Source: Schizochytrium sp. TIO01
Taxonomy: Eukaryota; Protista; Bigyra: Labyrinthulomycetes
Reading direction: 5' to 3'
DNA length: 64,000 nt
Assembly (NCBI GenBank): GCA_004764695.1
Contig: SMSO01000033.1
Location: 248,001 to 312,000, forward strand
The notes under the pieces were generated by a model. The model worked only from the letters and a program-made list of their open reading frames with translations. It did not search any database and was not told the DNA's origin. This document shows positions 10,272 to 22,400 of the stretch, piece after piece. Position 1 is the stretch's first letter; every line of letters starts with the position of its first letter. The position numbers and the translations under genes were made by a program.

Positions 10272-13200
10272 ATGTCTTCTTTCCAATCGTCTTCATCTTC
10301 CTCCTCGTCGGCATCTTGGGCGCTGTCATCGCCCCCTGGGAGTCTTGATTCATCTTCAAATGAGAAATTCATCTCGCCCTTGAGCCAACATTTGACTGCA
10401 GACGATGCTCTTCCCTTAAACCAAGGCAGTACCGCGTTGAGCAGGCCCAAATACAAAGCGAAAAACACGCAAGCCTACATTGAATCGATCATGAAAACCG
10501 GTGCCAAAAAACGCAAACGGGGTCGCAGAATTTCGCAAGGCCCTTCTAGGCGACTCGCTCTTCTAGCAGATTCTCGAGTTGGTCTACGAGGTCTTGAAGT
10601 TCTTGCCGCTGCTCACGCTCTTCCGGTTGTATTCTCATTTCTTGATGACAAATCCCTCGCTGCATTACAGACAACTGCTCGACTTCCTCAACTCATGGGG
10701 GCATTGAAACTTGCTTGGCTAGCGCGTTTGGAGCGCGTTGGGGGCAATAGTGTAATGCAAAAGTATATCTTGGCTGGTTCTGACAATAGCATGGATATCG
10801 ATGTGCGGTTGGCTTACGCATTTCATGAACGTGTGCATCGGAAGTGGCGAGGCGATCAATCTGGTCCTATGCGAGAGCAACGAGGCGAGACCGTGCAGCG
10901 ACTGCGCAGAATTGTGCGTGTCAAGTGTCAGGTGAGCCCATTTTCCCTTCAGGCTGTGAGACTAAGTGATTCGGAGCGTGAGCGCGAGTTCTCATCGACA
11001 ACAATAATGGCGAGTGCAGGTCCGAACTTGAAGCTTGGCGTGCACGATCTTGCTAAAGCAGCTGACCACTCGATGGATATCTCGAATGACTCACCATATG
11101 ATGTCATGACGTGTGCCGATACGTCAAAATTGGTAAGGAGTTGTGCCTTGACAGGTAGTTTTGGAGATGCAACTTTGGTCACGGGTTCGAGCGACGGCCT
11201 TGAGGTTTGGAGCCACAAGGGCGAGGACTTACGAAGCCAACTAGTCATGCCAAATGACGGAGCTAGCGTGATATCTCTGCATGGGCGCTGGAGTGAAGCG
11301 GAGCTTCTTTCATGCGATTCCCGTGGTCATGTCAGTCTTTGGGATATCTGTCGTGCAACGCAAATTTCAACGCAGACAGCTGTGGAGGCCAAATGGATCA
11401 GCCCTATTGGTGAGCGTGAAGTCATGCTTGCAACTTACAACGAAGTGTGGCGCTGGGACCCGCGGTGCAAACTTGCTGCTCATGCAGGCCTCCAGCTCGT
11501 GTATCAAGATACTCCCGGCAACAACGCTTCTTCCATTACCAGTCTTGGGGCTTGCTCAGGTCGATTTGCCATCTCAAAGGGCGATTTCCAAGGCGTGGAA
11601 ATGCACGACTTAAGACGCGGTATTAATGGTCCGCGGAACGCTGTGAAGTCCTTGGGCAAGGGCTACGGCGGTGGGCTTCAATTTGATGATGAAAAAATCA
11701 TGTTAAGAGCGCGTCGGCCATTTATAGATCCCGTTGCCTGTACTCACGATCTGGTTCCGGTCCTCTCATTTGAGCTTCCTGTATCGCAGTCCGGACGCGA
11801 CCGCCTCAGTGATTTCTGCAGCGACTCAAACTCCGTTTGTGTTGTGCGTTCTGATGCCTCTGGCCAGCAAATCTTTATGTGGAATCTGGAGCCTGAGCCT
11901 CTTCTCATGGGAAGACGCGCTGTTCTTGACACATTCGAGCCAGTCCATCGCTCATCTTCCTCCTCCTCCTCCTCCTCCTCCTCAACGTTCTCTCTCCTCG
12001 AAAGCGCGGAACGAGAGACACTTTTTTCGTATGAATCCTGCTTCGTGCCACGTGCACCTGCTCTCATGCCTAAACCGGCTGCACGATTGCCTTCAACGTC
12101 GTCCACCTCTCATGCTGCATCGTCACCCTTTAGTCACCCTCATAGAACCAGTGCAAGCAGGAACGCCTCTTTTTCCACATTCCCATCATCATCCTCTTCA
12201 TCATCCTCACCATTAGAAGCCCGTGGCCCGCATGCTTTCTCGAAGAGACCAAGGTCAGACCTAGGACTTCCTGAGGCGTCTCGACTTGACGTTGTCTCTG
12301 CGAAATCGTCGGATCCTGGGCTTTTCTCATCAGTAGTGACCTCCTCATCCTCTGCAACAACTGGGAGCCCAGCTTTTCGTGCATCTTCGCCTGTGCCTCC
12401 AATTCCGTCAACGCCGCTCTCGTCACATCATTATCCCGCCAGCAGCCCTCCTTCCTCCTCCACGCCAGCTTTCGCCTCACCACTGCCAAGTCAAGCACCA
12501 GCACCAGCACCAGCCCCGCCCCTGCCAGCAGAGCCCAGCGCATTCAGGAACATCATCACCACAGAGCGCAGAAACGCCGCTTTCGGGAGCAGCCCAGCTC
12601 CGTCCTTGTCTGTTCTTCGAGGCCAGAGTGCCGCAACGTCCTCCTCCTCCTCCTCCTCCTCCTCCTCCTCCTCCTCCTCCTCTGCGTCTTCATCTCCATC
12701 TCCTCCTCCTCCAAGTTCTTCTTCGCCTTGGACGCATCTTCGTCCTCGCGGGGCTCCATCTTCTTCTTCTCCATCTTCTCCATCTTCAACCTCTGCTGTG
12801 TCTTCCTCCGCACTGTCACCGGCGACCTCCAAACTTGGTTCTGCCGCGGGTCTTTCGTCCTGCCGGCCTCTTCCCAGCTCGGCTTCCCTGCTCCCCAAGC
12901 GGCAAGACCTCGCGTCCTCCTCCTCCTCCTCCTCCTCCTCGTTGCCCTCATCGTCGTTGTCGTCGTTGTCGTCGTCGTCGTTGTCGTCGTCGTCGACCTC
13001 GCTCTCAAAGGCGCACACCGTGCCAGGGCCCAGCTTGGAGGCGCTTGCACCTGTAGATTCCGCCACGCCCCCTCGAGGCCTCGCCAATTGCGGCGGCGTC
13101 CTGCTGCCTTTGGGCACGCCGGCGGCCTCTGCAATTGCATCTGCGTCTGCATCTGCGTCCCGCTCGCCGCTGCCCTCGAGCACGGCGGCCTCCTCGTCGT

Positions 13201-13316
13201 CGCCGTTGCCGTTCTCGGCGCCGTTCTCGACGTCGCCGTCGGCGTCGTGGTCGACGTCCTCGAGCTCCTCGAGCACCAAGAAGAGCAAAATTCGCAGCGG
13301 AGTTCGCCTCCTGTAG
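10272..13316 (+). CDS. Putative F-box/WD40-repeat protein with long Ser/Pro-rich disordered C-terminus
   Basis: Long ORF, first ATG 10272 (alternative 10491). Basic NLS-like KKRKRGRR. F-box-like LPVVFSFLDDKSLAALQTTAR. WD-like segments LVTGSSDGLEVWS, LLSCDSRGHVSLWD, VWRWDPR, IFMWNL. Poly-Ser tail from ~11950. Confidence 0.7.
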   Translation: MSSFQSSSSSSSSASWALSSPPGSLDSSSNEKFISPLSQHLTADDALPLNQGSTALSRPKYKAKNTQAYIESIMKTGAKKRKRGRRISQGPSRRLALLADSRVGLRGLEVLAAAHALPVVFSFLDDKSLAALQTTARLPQLMGALKLAWLARLERVGGNSVMQKYILAGSDNSMDIDVRLAYAFHERVHRKWRGDQSGPMREQRGETVQRLRRIVRVKCQVSPFSLQAVRLSDSEREREFSSTTIMASAGPNLKLGVHDLAKAADHSMDISNDSPYDVMTCADTSKLVRSCALTGSFGDATLVTGSSDGLEVWSHKGEDLRSQLVMPNDGASVISLHGRWSEAELLSCDSRGHVSLWDICRATQISTQTAVEAKWISPIGEREVMLATYNEVWRWDPRCKLAAHAGLQLVYQDTPGNNASSITSLGACSGRFAISKGDFQGVEMHDLRRGINGPRNAVKSLGKGYGGGLQFDDEKIMLRARRPFIDPVACTHDLVPVLSFELPVSQSGRDRLSDFCSDSNSVCVVRSDASGQQIFMWNLEPEPLLMGRRAVLDTFEPVHRSSSSSSSSSSSTFSLLESAERETLFSYESCFVPRAPALMPKPAARLPSTSSTSHAASSPFSHPHRTSASRNASFSTFPSSSSSSSSPLEARGPHAFSKRPRSDLGLPEASRLDVVSAKSSDPGLFSSVVTSSSSATTGSPAFRASSPVPPIPSTPLSSHHYPASSPPSSSTPAFASPLPSQAPAPAPAPPLPAEPSAFRNIITTERRNAAFGSSPAPSLSVLRGQSAATSSSSSSSSSSSSSSSASSSPSPPPPSSSSPWTHLRPRGAPSSSSPSSPSSTSAVSSSALSPATSKLGSAAGLSSCRPLPSSASLLPKRQDLASSSSSSSSSLPSSSLSSLSSSSLSSSSTSLSKAHTVPGPSLEALAPVDSATPPRGLANCGGVLLPLGTPAASAIASASASASRSPLPSSTAASSSSPLPFSAPFSTSPSASWSTSSSSSSTKKSKIRSGVRLL

Positions 13317-13736
13317 ACCAGCCACCCACCCGCCCACCTCGGCTCGTGGACGCCTTGTGGAATTTGGCAATCAGTTCGTGGACTTGGGCGAAGAAGAGGA
13401 ATGAATTCGTCTCCAGGGTCGTCCGTCCACCCACCCACCCACCCACCCATCCCTCTCCGTGGCAGCAAAATCGCAATTGGTGATCATCGCCGCAAATATC
13501 ATCATCATCATCATGATCATTTCTTCTTCTGCTGCTGCTCAATCGTCATCTCCTTCGCGGCGGTCTCTCAGAAAGCGATGACGGAGCTCAACTCAACTCC
13601 ACATTTCACGGCGAAGGACGCAGGATTAGAAATGGCCAAATGTCTACTTTTTTACAGCTAGCTCATCATCGGCGGTGGGTCGATTGATGGTCGATCGTTT
13701 GGCCTTTGGGAGCGCTCATTTGCAGAGATTCCGTCT

Positions 13737-13771
<35 letters not shown>

Positions 13772-15695
13772 TTGATTAATGAAGGCAGTGCAAATGGCAT
13801 GGAATGGCATGGAATGACATGGAATGACATAAATTGAAATGAGCGATTGATTCGCATCGGAATTTTGTAGATTTTATAGATAGATTGATTTTTAATTTTA
13901 ATTGAAAAAATTAAATAAACAGGAAATTGGAAAATGAAATTGGAAAATGAAAATGAAAATGAAAATGAAGAACCTACCTCCTCAGTTGTTCTGTTTTCTT
14001 GAACTGCCTGTTGACACGGGAAGGAAGACATCGCCTCTTTGCCAATACCACATCCGCTTGGCTTCCTCCATGCATCCATCCCTCCGCTCGCCGAGCTGAG
14101 ACGACGGGTCCTCGCACGAATCGAGGCTCTTTTATACGTTTCTCGCCCGCCTTCTTCGTGGCCATCGTCGTTGTACAAATGAATGAGTGAATGGATGAAT
14201 GAATGAATGAATTTATGATTAGTCTTTATTTCTCAGAGGGGGAAATAAATGACTTTATTTTACTAACTTAAAAATTAAAACGCTGTAGAAAGTACTTTGC
14301 TAACTAAAACAAACAAAGCACACTGTGAAATGAAATGAAATGAAATGAAACTTGAGCTTAGAAACAACATCAAATCGAGACTGATTACCATCGTCCGCCC
14401 AGAAAGAGAAGTTTTAGCGAAGGAATCCCTCCCTGCATCCCAAATGGCGTCTCTCATAGCTGCAGAGCAACGCGGAGTCGGGTGCAATGCAATACTACGC
14501 AGCATAGTTCAGGGTACTGTGTTGGCCCGTACTTAATCATATTGCGTTGCAGTATTCAGTATTCCAACCACAAATCTTTGCGCTAACACCTAATAAACCA
14601 GAGTGCCAAAATGAAGAACCAAACACTTGAACAAGCAAGCACCTGCCTGCCACCAAGCGAGCAAGCGAGCAAGCGAGCAAGCGGGCAAGCGGGCAAGCAG
14701 GCAAGCCGTTGCTCCATGCCAGCACAGGTGCCAGTTCCCGCGTGCCGGTCGTCGTCAACGGGACGATGGCAAGCTCGCCATGGCGTGCTGAGGCCGGCGA
14801 TGACTGAGCAAGCAAGCAAGCAAGCAAGCGAGCGAGCGCCACCTCACCTCTCCTCGCTTCGCTCCACTTCACCGCAGCCGTTGGCGACGTCGACAAAGGT
14901 GAAATGCGGGAGGGGAGGCAAACCGCTCTCCGCTCGAGGCGAGACAGAGCAGGCTCCTGGGGCCGCAGGAATCAGGAATCCTTTGTCGCCAGCTCCAACT
15001 TGATTACATGCAGTAGAGAGAGGTTGAAAGCAACTTAGGCCATATCGCTCATGTGTTTATTGCGCTACGCGAGTGCGTGGAGCTCGCCTGATTGCTTGCC
15101 TGATTGCTTGGTCTTGATTGATCGGTTGAACGGCCCATCCATCGAATGATGGAGTCGTGGAGGCCATCGCCGTCGTTCATGACGACGGCGACGACCATGT
15201 TGGCGAATGATTCATTGCTTCGTTTCTGCACACCCGCACATTTTAATATTTAGGACATTGTTTATTTATTTATTATTTGTTGTTTTATATATTTTGATAA
15301 AATATTTCGCTGTTTTCAGGTTGTTTGTTGTTGATAATAAAAAACTCAAGTTGAAAACATTGAAGTTGAAAAGGGTACGAAGGCAATAGCAGTGCCTAGT
15401 GCCTTCCTACTCCATGAAAGTTTTAACTAACTTACTTACTTACTTCAAGGCGAAGAAACCTGAGCGAATTGGAACCAGCCATGCCTGTCTGTCTGTCTTC
15501 AGGATGTGCAGGTTTGTGCTGGTTTGACCAAAGCGTATGGCGCTGCGAATTGTACTGCTGGCCAAGGTAGGTTCTGCGTGGCCTCGGGTCTTCATGAGCT
15601 GGCTCACGACAACCGAAAGGCCTTCGTTTCGCATATTTGTCTCTGCTGTCTTTTGTCTTTTCAATGATCGATCATGATCATCAAACGAAAAGGGG

Positions 15696-15727
<32 letters not shown>

Positions 15728-16200
15728 GTTAGCATAAAGTAAAGCACCAAATTACACAAAACCGTAACTTACTTTGACTTTGACTGACCAGCTTCGACTC
15801 GCTTGAAATGTGCGGCTCCGGAGGGTTCTACTTCGCAGAAGTCTGAGATCGAAGTGCCTTCGAGCGATTGATTGAAGACGAGGCCTCCGATTTGCCTGAA
15901 GTTGAGCATCTTGGACCAACGACGCTTCGACGGCAAACGCGAAGAACTGCAGAATTGGTCGGAACCCGAAGAACCACAAGTGAAGTAGAAAACAAACATC
16001 CAACAGATACTAATTAAGGAAGAGAGAGAACCGAAAAGAAAGAGAGAAAGCGGAAGAAAAGAAAAAAGAAAAGAAAACTTGGCGGCCCAAAAAAAGAAAA
16101 GAAAAGGAAAGAAAAGGAAAGAAAAGCAAAAGAAAAGAGAAACGGAGAGAAACGGGAAAGAATGACGAACTTGAGAACTAGGGAAAAGGAAAAAGGAGAA

Positions 16201-16388
16201 ACGAAGAAGAAGAAGAAGAAGAAGAAGAAGCGACCTTTATGTTTCTTCTTCTTCAACTTCTTCTTCAACTTCTTCTTCTTCAACTTCTTCTTCAACTTCT
16301 TCTTCTTCAACTTCTTCTTCTTCAACTTCTTCTTCTTCAACTTCTTCTTCTTCAACTTCTTCTTCTTCAACTTCTTCTTCTTCTTTCT
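16201..16388. repeat. (GAA)n tract followed by compound (CTT)3-4CAA minisatellite
   Basis: (GAA)9 at ~16203-16230, a short spacer, then 12/15-bp units CTTCTTCTT(CTT)CAA to ~16385. Confidence 0.9.
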
Positions 16389-17135
16389 CTACTAATCGAA
16401 AAGAAGAACAACAAGGAAAGGAGGGAAAGTAACAGAAAGAAACCTAAGAAGAAGAAGAAAGCAACACAACTTTGAAAAGAAAACAAAAAAAGGAAACAAA
16501 AAAAGAAAACAAAACCAAACAAAACAAAACAGAAAAACTGAATGAGTTCAATTGACGAAATAGAAGAGCAGAGGTCCCAAACTTCACCTTTACATTCTGC
16601 TAGCTAGCACTCCTTCGTCCCTACCCAGACACCAACGCAAACTGCACGGCTACACCTAGCAGGTCTCTCCGGTATTTACATACCAGCAAAGACGGCCTTA
16701 GACCCTGGCTTCTTCCGCACTGATCGACAGCACGAACTCGAAAAGCAACCAAGATTAACTTCGCGGAGGGGGCTGTGCACTCTTCCTTCTCCTTCATAAT
16801 ATCTCGTCCGACAAGTTCTCCTCGCGGGGTCGGGGCACAAGAGCCCAGTGCGGCTACAGCCCATCGATTGCTACGGTGTGCGTATTGAGGGGACTATACC
16901 CGCGAAGACGTACGGTATTACTATTTGCTAGACCTGAGAACGTAATTTCCATTGCACTGTGGCTCAACCCCAACGTTGGCTTCAAGTTCAACTTGAACTT
17001 CTTTGGGTTCAAGCTCACGATCATACCTCAAAAGGTTTTTGCGAGACGCCTGCCCAGAGGCCTGTTTGCTGCTGGTTGAAACCCACGTTGATGCACTTTT
17101 AATTAGGCTACGGGTGAGGACGTGGAGGAGGAATC

Positions 17136-18395
17136 ATGGCCATGGACACAACGACGTTTACGCTTTCGCTTCCGCCAGTGGTAAGGCACAATGCGTACCT
17201 GACGGTTGTTGAGAAGGTTAGGGTGGCCAGTTCATGCTCACAAGTTTACGAGCAGATCTCACGAGGATTGAAGGGGTGGGCTCTGGTTGCAGAACTGCTT
17301 TCTCCAGAAGAAAAACATCTTTGGTTGAGACTTGCTAGTGAGGAGCAAAAGGACCTATTGGTGCGTTCACAACCCATCGATCAGGCGACCAAGAATGCAT
17401 ATATCATGTACAGATTCCTTGGCATGGAGGTGCGTTCAAGGATCTTTCAGTTCACAGTCTCGTACCCTGTGCTCTGGCCGGACGTCCTTGGGGTTGAGGA
17501 GCTTGTTCAGGCGAGCTATGGCTGGCGCGACTTCTGGTCGAGATTTTTGCATGGAACCACACGACTCAGCGCCTGGGCAAGTAGCCTTGAAGCGCACATC
17601 GCAGAAGTTGTCAAAACTAATCCGGCATTTCGAGAGATTTGCCAAATTGGAGAAGCCTATCTTGATGAAGAAGGCATGCCAGAACTGAAGGTCGAACTTT
17701 TGGAAAAAATCACTGCTGTCGTACTCGAGGTGATGCCACCGTTTTACCACGTCAAACGACATGAATTTGTAGATATTGATATGTCGCCCTTCCCGTTTGA
17801 CGAAGGATCTGATTGGGTCGATGAAAGTACGGTCAGTCTCCTATCCCATCTCAAGTCTGGTGAAGTGTCCCGAGCTGAGGTCTTTGGAGACCAAGAATAC
17901 TGGGATACCCTTCTTAAGGAAGCATTTGAAGACAACGACGCTGATAGTCAGCCCGGAAAACAGAATTTCCAGACTCAGGTTTTGAATATCGATGGCGAAG
18001 ATTATGATTCTGATTACGAACTCGATGATGATGCCAGTCATTATGATAATGCAAATCACGATGATGACGAACTCGAAGCAGATGATGACAATGACTATGA
18101 TTCTGATTTTATTGAGGATGAGGATGAAGATGAGCGGAGCTTCTATGAAGGGGTCTGGAGCAACGAAGACGAAGACAGTGAAATGTCCAGCGCTTCGGAT
18201 GTAAATGAATACCGTGCAAAACACCTTCATGACTTTTCAATGGAGCCTGCTTCTTTTTTGGGCAATTCTAATATAGACGCTGCAGAACACCCAGGCTATC
18301 AGCCGCACCCCTTCTATCGATTTCCCGTCGATTTCTTTGAGAACCCGATTACGCAGATTCTTCATGCAGCCAATATGATGGAGGAAGATGATTAA
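17136..18395 (+). CDS. Hypothetical protein with degenerate N-terminal F-box-like motif and acidic C-terminal region
   Basis: 419-aa ATG ORF with coding-like composition. LSLPPVVRHNAYLTVVEKVRVASSCSQVY resembles the F-box consensus (weak). D/E-rich ~17930-18190. Confidence 0.65.
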   Translation: MAMDTTTFTLSLPPVVRHNAYLTVVEKVRVASSCSQVYEQISRGLKGWALVAELLSPEEKHLWLRLASEEQKDLLVRSQPIDQATKNAYIMYRFLGMEVRSRIFQFTVSYPVLWPDVLGVEELVQASYGWRDFWSRFLHGTTRLSAWASSLEAHIAEVVKTNPAFREICQIGEAYLDEEGMPELKVELLEKITAVVLEVMPPFYHVKRHEFVDIDMSPFPFDEGSDWVDESTVSLLSHLKSGEVSRAEVFGDQEYWDTLLKEAFEDNDADSQPGKQNFQTQVLNIDGEDYDSDYELDDDASHYDNANHDDDELEADDDNDYDSDFIEDEDEDERSFYEGVWSNEDEDSEMSSASDVNEYRAKHLHDFSMEPASFLGNSNIDAAEHPGYQPHPFYRFPVDFFENPITQILHAANMMEEDD

Positions 18396-19473
18396 GATCC
18401 AGAATACCACTGGAAGATCTTTAATCGGTTTGATCTTTATGAGAAATATAGAGGTCGTAAAGACATTGCTTGTCAACTTGCCACCTTCACTTAATTTACT
18501 TCGACTCTTCTTCACTGGTTTTCACCTCTACTATCTGTGACTTAGAAATGACTTGTAGCCCTCGATACTCACGAACTGAAATGTAACACTACTGGCCTAA
18601 CCTTCTACAGGAGAAAACAAAGACTGACAGCAGCCCTTTGAAAACACTTTTTCAATAAAGCAATACTATAATAGCCTACATAATGCCTGAATTGACTTTT
18701 TCACTAGTTCTCATCATCTTTTTTCCCAATTACTTGAAGGATTCGAAAGTAAGAACGAACCTAAATTGCATGTCATGCAAAGTTTTGTGCGGAGCTAACT
18801 TGAAGAGACCTCGTGAAATGCCAACCTCCTCAGCCCCAGCCTCCAGAAAGCCAGATTTATGCGACAGCACCTACCTCACCATCCCGCTTCATAAACTCGT
18901 CGCGATTGGGCTAAACGTAACGCGCCAAGAAATTAAAAAAATGAAAAATAAAGAGTCAATGAAAACAAAAAATAAAGAGCTCCAGGAACTACGGCCCTCC
19001 TATCCAACTCCATAGCAGTGATAAGTACTGAGGGTATGGTATCAAAGAGAAAAACAATGGCCAGCTCCGAACTCTTGCTCCTCCGCTCACACAATTCGCT
19101 ATCGCAGCCCTCCGACCTCGACCACGGGGCCGGCAGAGTAGCCACGGGCCGCGTGGTGCTCCAATAGCCAGGTCCTGCGGCTACGCGGCCTTTGTGGGAG
19201 CTACAGCGGGTTGATTAGTAGTGTCGCCGCTAGTGCTGCTCCCCATCCGTGGCTCCAAATCTCTTTAGGCTCTAGCTTTCGTGTTGCTCTTGCCCTGCTG
19301 CATTTTCGTCACGAAGTTAACCATTTCCGTTTTCAGCATCAAGCTCTGCCTCATAAACATTTCTTCTCATTAAATTCGGGCTAGAAAAGCAAACATCCCA
19401 TAGTTTGAGGGTCACATCCTGAAAGTCTCTTGAACTTTAGAGTCAAGTTTAAATCCAAAATCAAACACACGCC

Positions 19474-22400
19474 ATGTGGTCTCTAAACAATGCCTTGCAT
19501 GGGTCTTTACCCTCAGTGAACATGAATAACGTATGGAGTAACATCAAAAATTTGGGCGAGGATAATTCTGCTCGGCGCGAAGAAAAGACAACTGATCATG
19601 AAAATAATGATCGAAATGGTGAGGACGGTAGTGAAGACCAGCTGGAGATTTTCGACAATATTCGCCGTGATGAAGAAATCGATCTGGACGAAATCGATGG
19701 TGTTGAAGGCATTGATGATGATGACGATCAGTTTTCTACTGAGGCAGCTCGCTGGGCAGCCGATAACGGACTGGAACGATCCTTTGCTAAGTACTACAAA
19801 CTCGCGAAAGACCGACCTCCAGAGGATATCAAAGACCTTGCCCGGATCCGAAACTGGCGAGTACGCTTGCGCAGTATTCGTTATAAAAATCATGGTGAGC
19901 TCGGTGATTTCTTTGTTTCTTTTAATTTTGGGTGGAACTTTAAGCTTAGCAAGAAATTCGTCCGTGTCAAGGCCTCCGCACAAAATAAAAAGGTTGATAA
20001 AAACGGACGTACCATTGAGAAGAAGCGAAAGTGGAGGTGGGTGAAAACAGGTACACGAGGTGTCTGCAAGTACACGCAAGTGCGCAAAGATGTTGAGAAG
20101 GGCAAGTTTGTACAGTTTGACGATTCCATTGAATTTGACTGGACCGGATCATATTTTGAACTTTACACTAAGGTCTTGCATGTAGAAGTGTGGATCTGGC
20201 ACCCACTTAGTCCGAACGAGTTTTTAGGCAAAGCCGAAAAATCCCTTCATCGCATAGCCTCCGGCGAAATGAACATGAGTGGCCCAGAGTGGGAAATTAA
20301 GACGCAAATTCACAGAAGGGGCCGCAGAGAGGAAACCGTGTTAGGGGCTTTAGAGTTCCAGTGCATTTTCCAGGAAGTGTTGTCCTATAATATTAAATTC
20401 CAGAACTGGGTTGCTCAATTTCGTCCTTGGCATATTCGAGCCCAGCCACCGGAGGGTGAGGAGGACTACCTGTATCCTTATGCTGTCTTCCGTCTACACT
20501 CTGCAGTTAACCCAATGCGCAAGGTTAGTTCTCGTTCCAAAGAGTTGCGTATCAAAGATGATGACAAGAATGTCAAAATAGATCTAGGAGATGTAGCATC
20601 ATTAAATTTTGTGGGAACTCGGCTCGGTCTCGAGGAAGGTATGCTCTTCGTCGACCTGTACCACAATCGATTTAACCCTTTTAAAAACGACATGATCGGT
20701 GGTGCTCGTATTCCACTCACAAGCATTGTTGAGAACGGGTTCCTATCTTCGAAGCTTCGCTGGTTTCAACCAGAGAATGCCATGGCTCAATTGCACCATG
20801 CTATGACATGCTCTGGTGACGACTTTGATCAACGCACTGGAAGTAATCGGAAGCTCCAGAAAGTTGGTCAAATTTATGGCACTGTCGACATCGATGCTGA
20901 CGAGTCTTATGTTTGGCAAGAGCTCCTTAAAGACCCTATTGGTATCTTCAGTGGCCGCCCTCCTGCACGTCTCCACCGCGAGTTTGCGCAGCTTGGCGAG
21001 CTAGACCCACCTGAACTTCGTGACTACCCGCCGTACAACCACTCATACCTCGCCATCAACATTATTGCTGCTCGTGAACTAATTGGTGCTGATGCGAATG
21101 GTCTGTCAGACCCGTACGCGACAGTTGAATGGGCTGGTCAGCGGCTGAAGACCCGGACCATCAACGAGACCTTGAACCCATATTTTGATGAGGTGCTTTA
21201 CTTTCAAATACGTTCCTTCGAAGAGCTGGTGACGAGTGAAGAGCTTGCTGAATCGCCATATGTGCGAATCACTTTGTGGGATGCAGATGAAGCAGGCTCG
21301 AGCGACTTATTGGGGTCAACAAAGCTTTATCTACATTGGATTACTGGAACTTGTGCAGAGCCTTCACGTGGAGAAGCTCGCGTGCCACAACAACATACGA
21401 TTACAGTGCAACGACGCAAACCGAATACATGGGGTGGGGGTCTCGGTCGCTTACGAGAGGACGAGATTCGAACGCGTATCTTTTCGGATGAGTTGAAGCT
21501 TTCAGGCTTGCCACCTGGCATAGATTCGTTTGTCAAAGTGAAGGCGTGGTTTCGTGCACCACAAGATGGCGATCTCAAAGAACCTAACATCGCCACACGT
21601 AAAGCAAATGGAACAGACTTGCTCCTTCTTCCCGACATGAAAGAATGTGAAAAGATGATGCTCCTACAGTGTCTATGCGATAATCGCACAACTGACGATC
21701 AGGCTAGACGCGGCTTATGTGAGGAGAGCCGCTTCGGACATCGCTGTCGTCGCCTCATTGAGTTAGAACAGAATCTCAATAAATTTCCGTCTGCCGCAAA
21801 TCTGATGCGCCTCATGTATAACCAATTTCAGATTCATGACATGCTTGCAGTCAATCAATACAAGGAATATCACTTTCTCCCAACATACTTACAACCAATG
21901 TCCCCTCCAAAATCCATGATTGCGGACGAAAGTGAAGCCCAGTACCTTGCAATTCGCACCTCTAGCAAGCCAAACCTCCTCTTTCGAGCCGCTCAGCTCG
22001 TGCGCTCTATTGAATTCAAAAATGCTGATGGTAATTTATTCGATGGTGCTGTTAATATTCACGCTGCAACGTGGATGTCTCCAGACTTTTTTCTGAGCAT
22101 GAAAAAGGGCGATATCAAGGCCCACTGCCTGCTATTGGCGAACCTTTTTCTCGGTCTTTCTGCAGATGCGTATGTATGCCTTGGCTGGGCTGAGCGTCGC
22201 AACAAGAAGGTGGATCTCTCCCTAACAATGGAACGTCGCCCAAGTGACGTTGAAGACTCCGAGCAGCCTGAAGAGCCTGAAATTGAACTTTTGCCTCACA
22301 TGTGGGTTATGACACGTGAAAGTGATAACACAGCATGTATTCGAAAGAGGATGCGGAATAGGGATGCATTTGCAGCTGGAGACATGGATGCAGGCACGAA

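Noticed and set aside
10085-10468. 127-aa minus ORF with an acidic patch
   Set aside because: GTG start just after a stop; the acidic patch is the complement of the poly-Ser N-terminus of the plus-strand gene.
12491-13542. Long minus-strand ORFs (325 aa acidic, 328 aa Arg/Thr-rich)
   Set aside because: Antisense shadows of the TCN-rich Ser tail of the F-box/WD40 ORF; non-ATG starts and no domain content.
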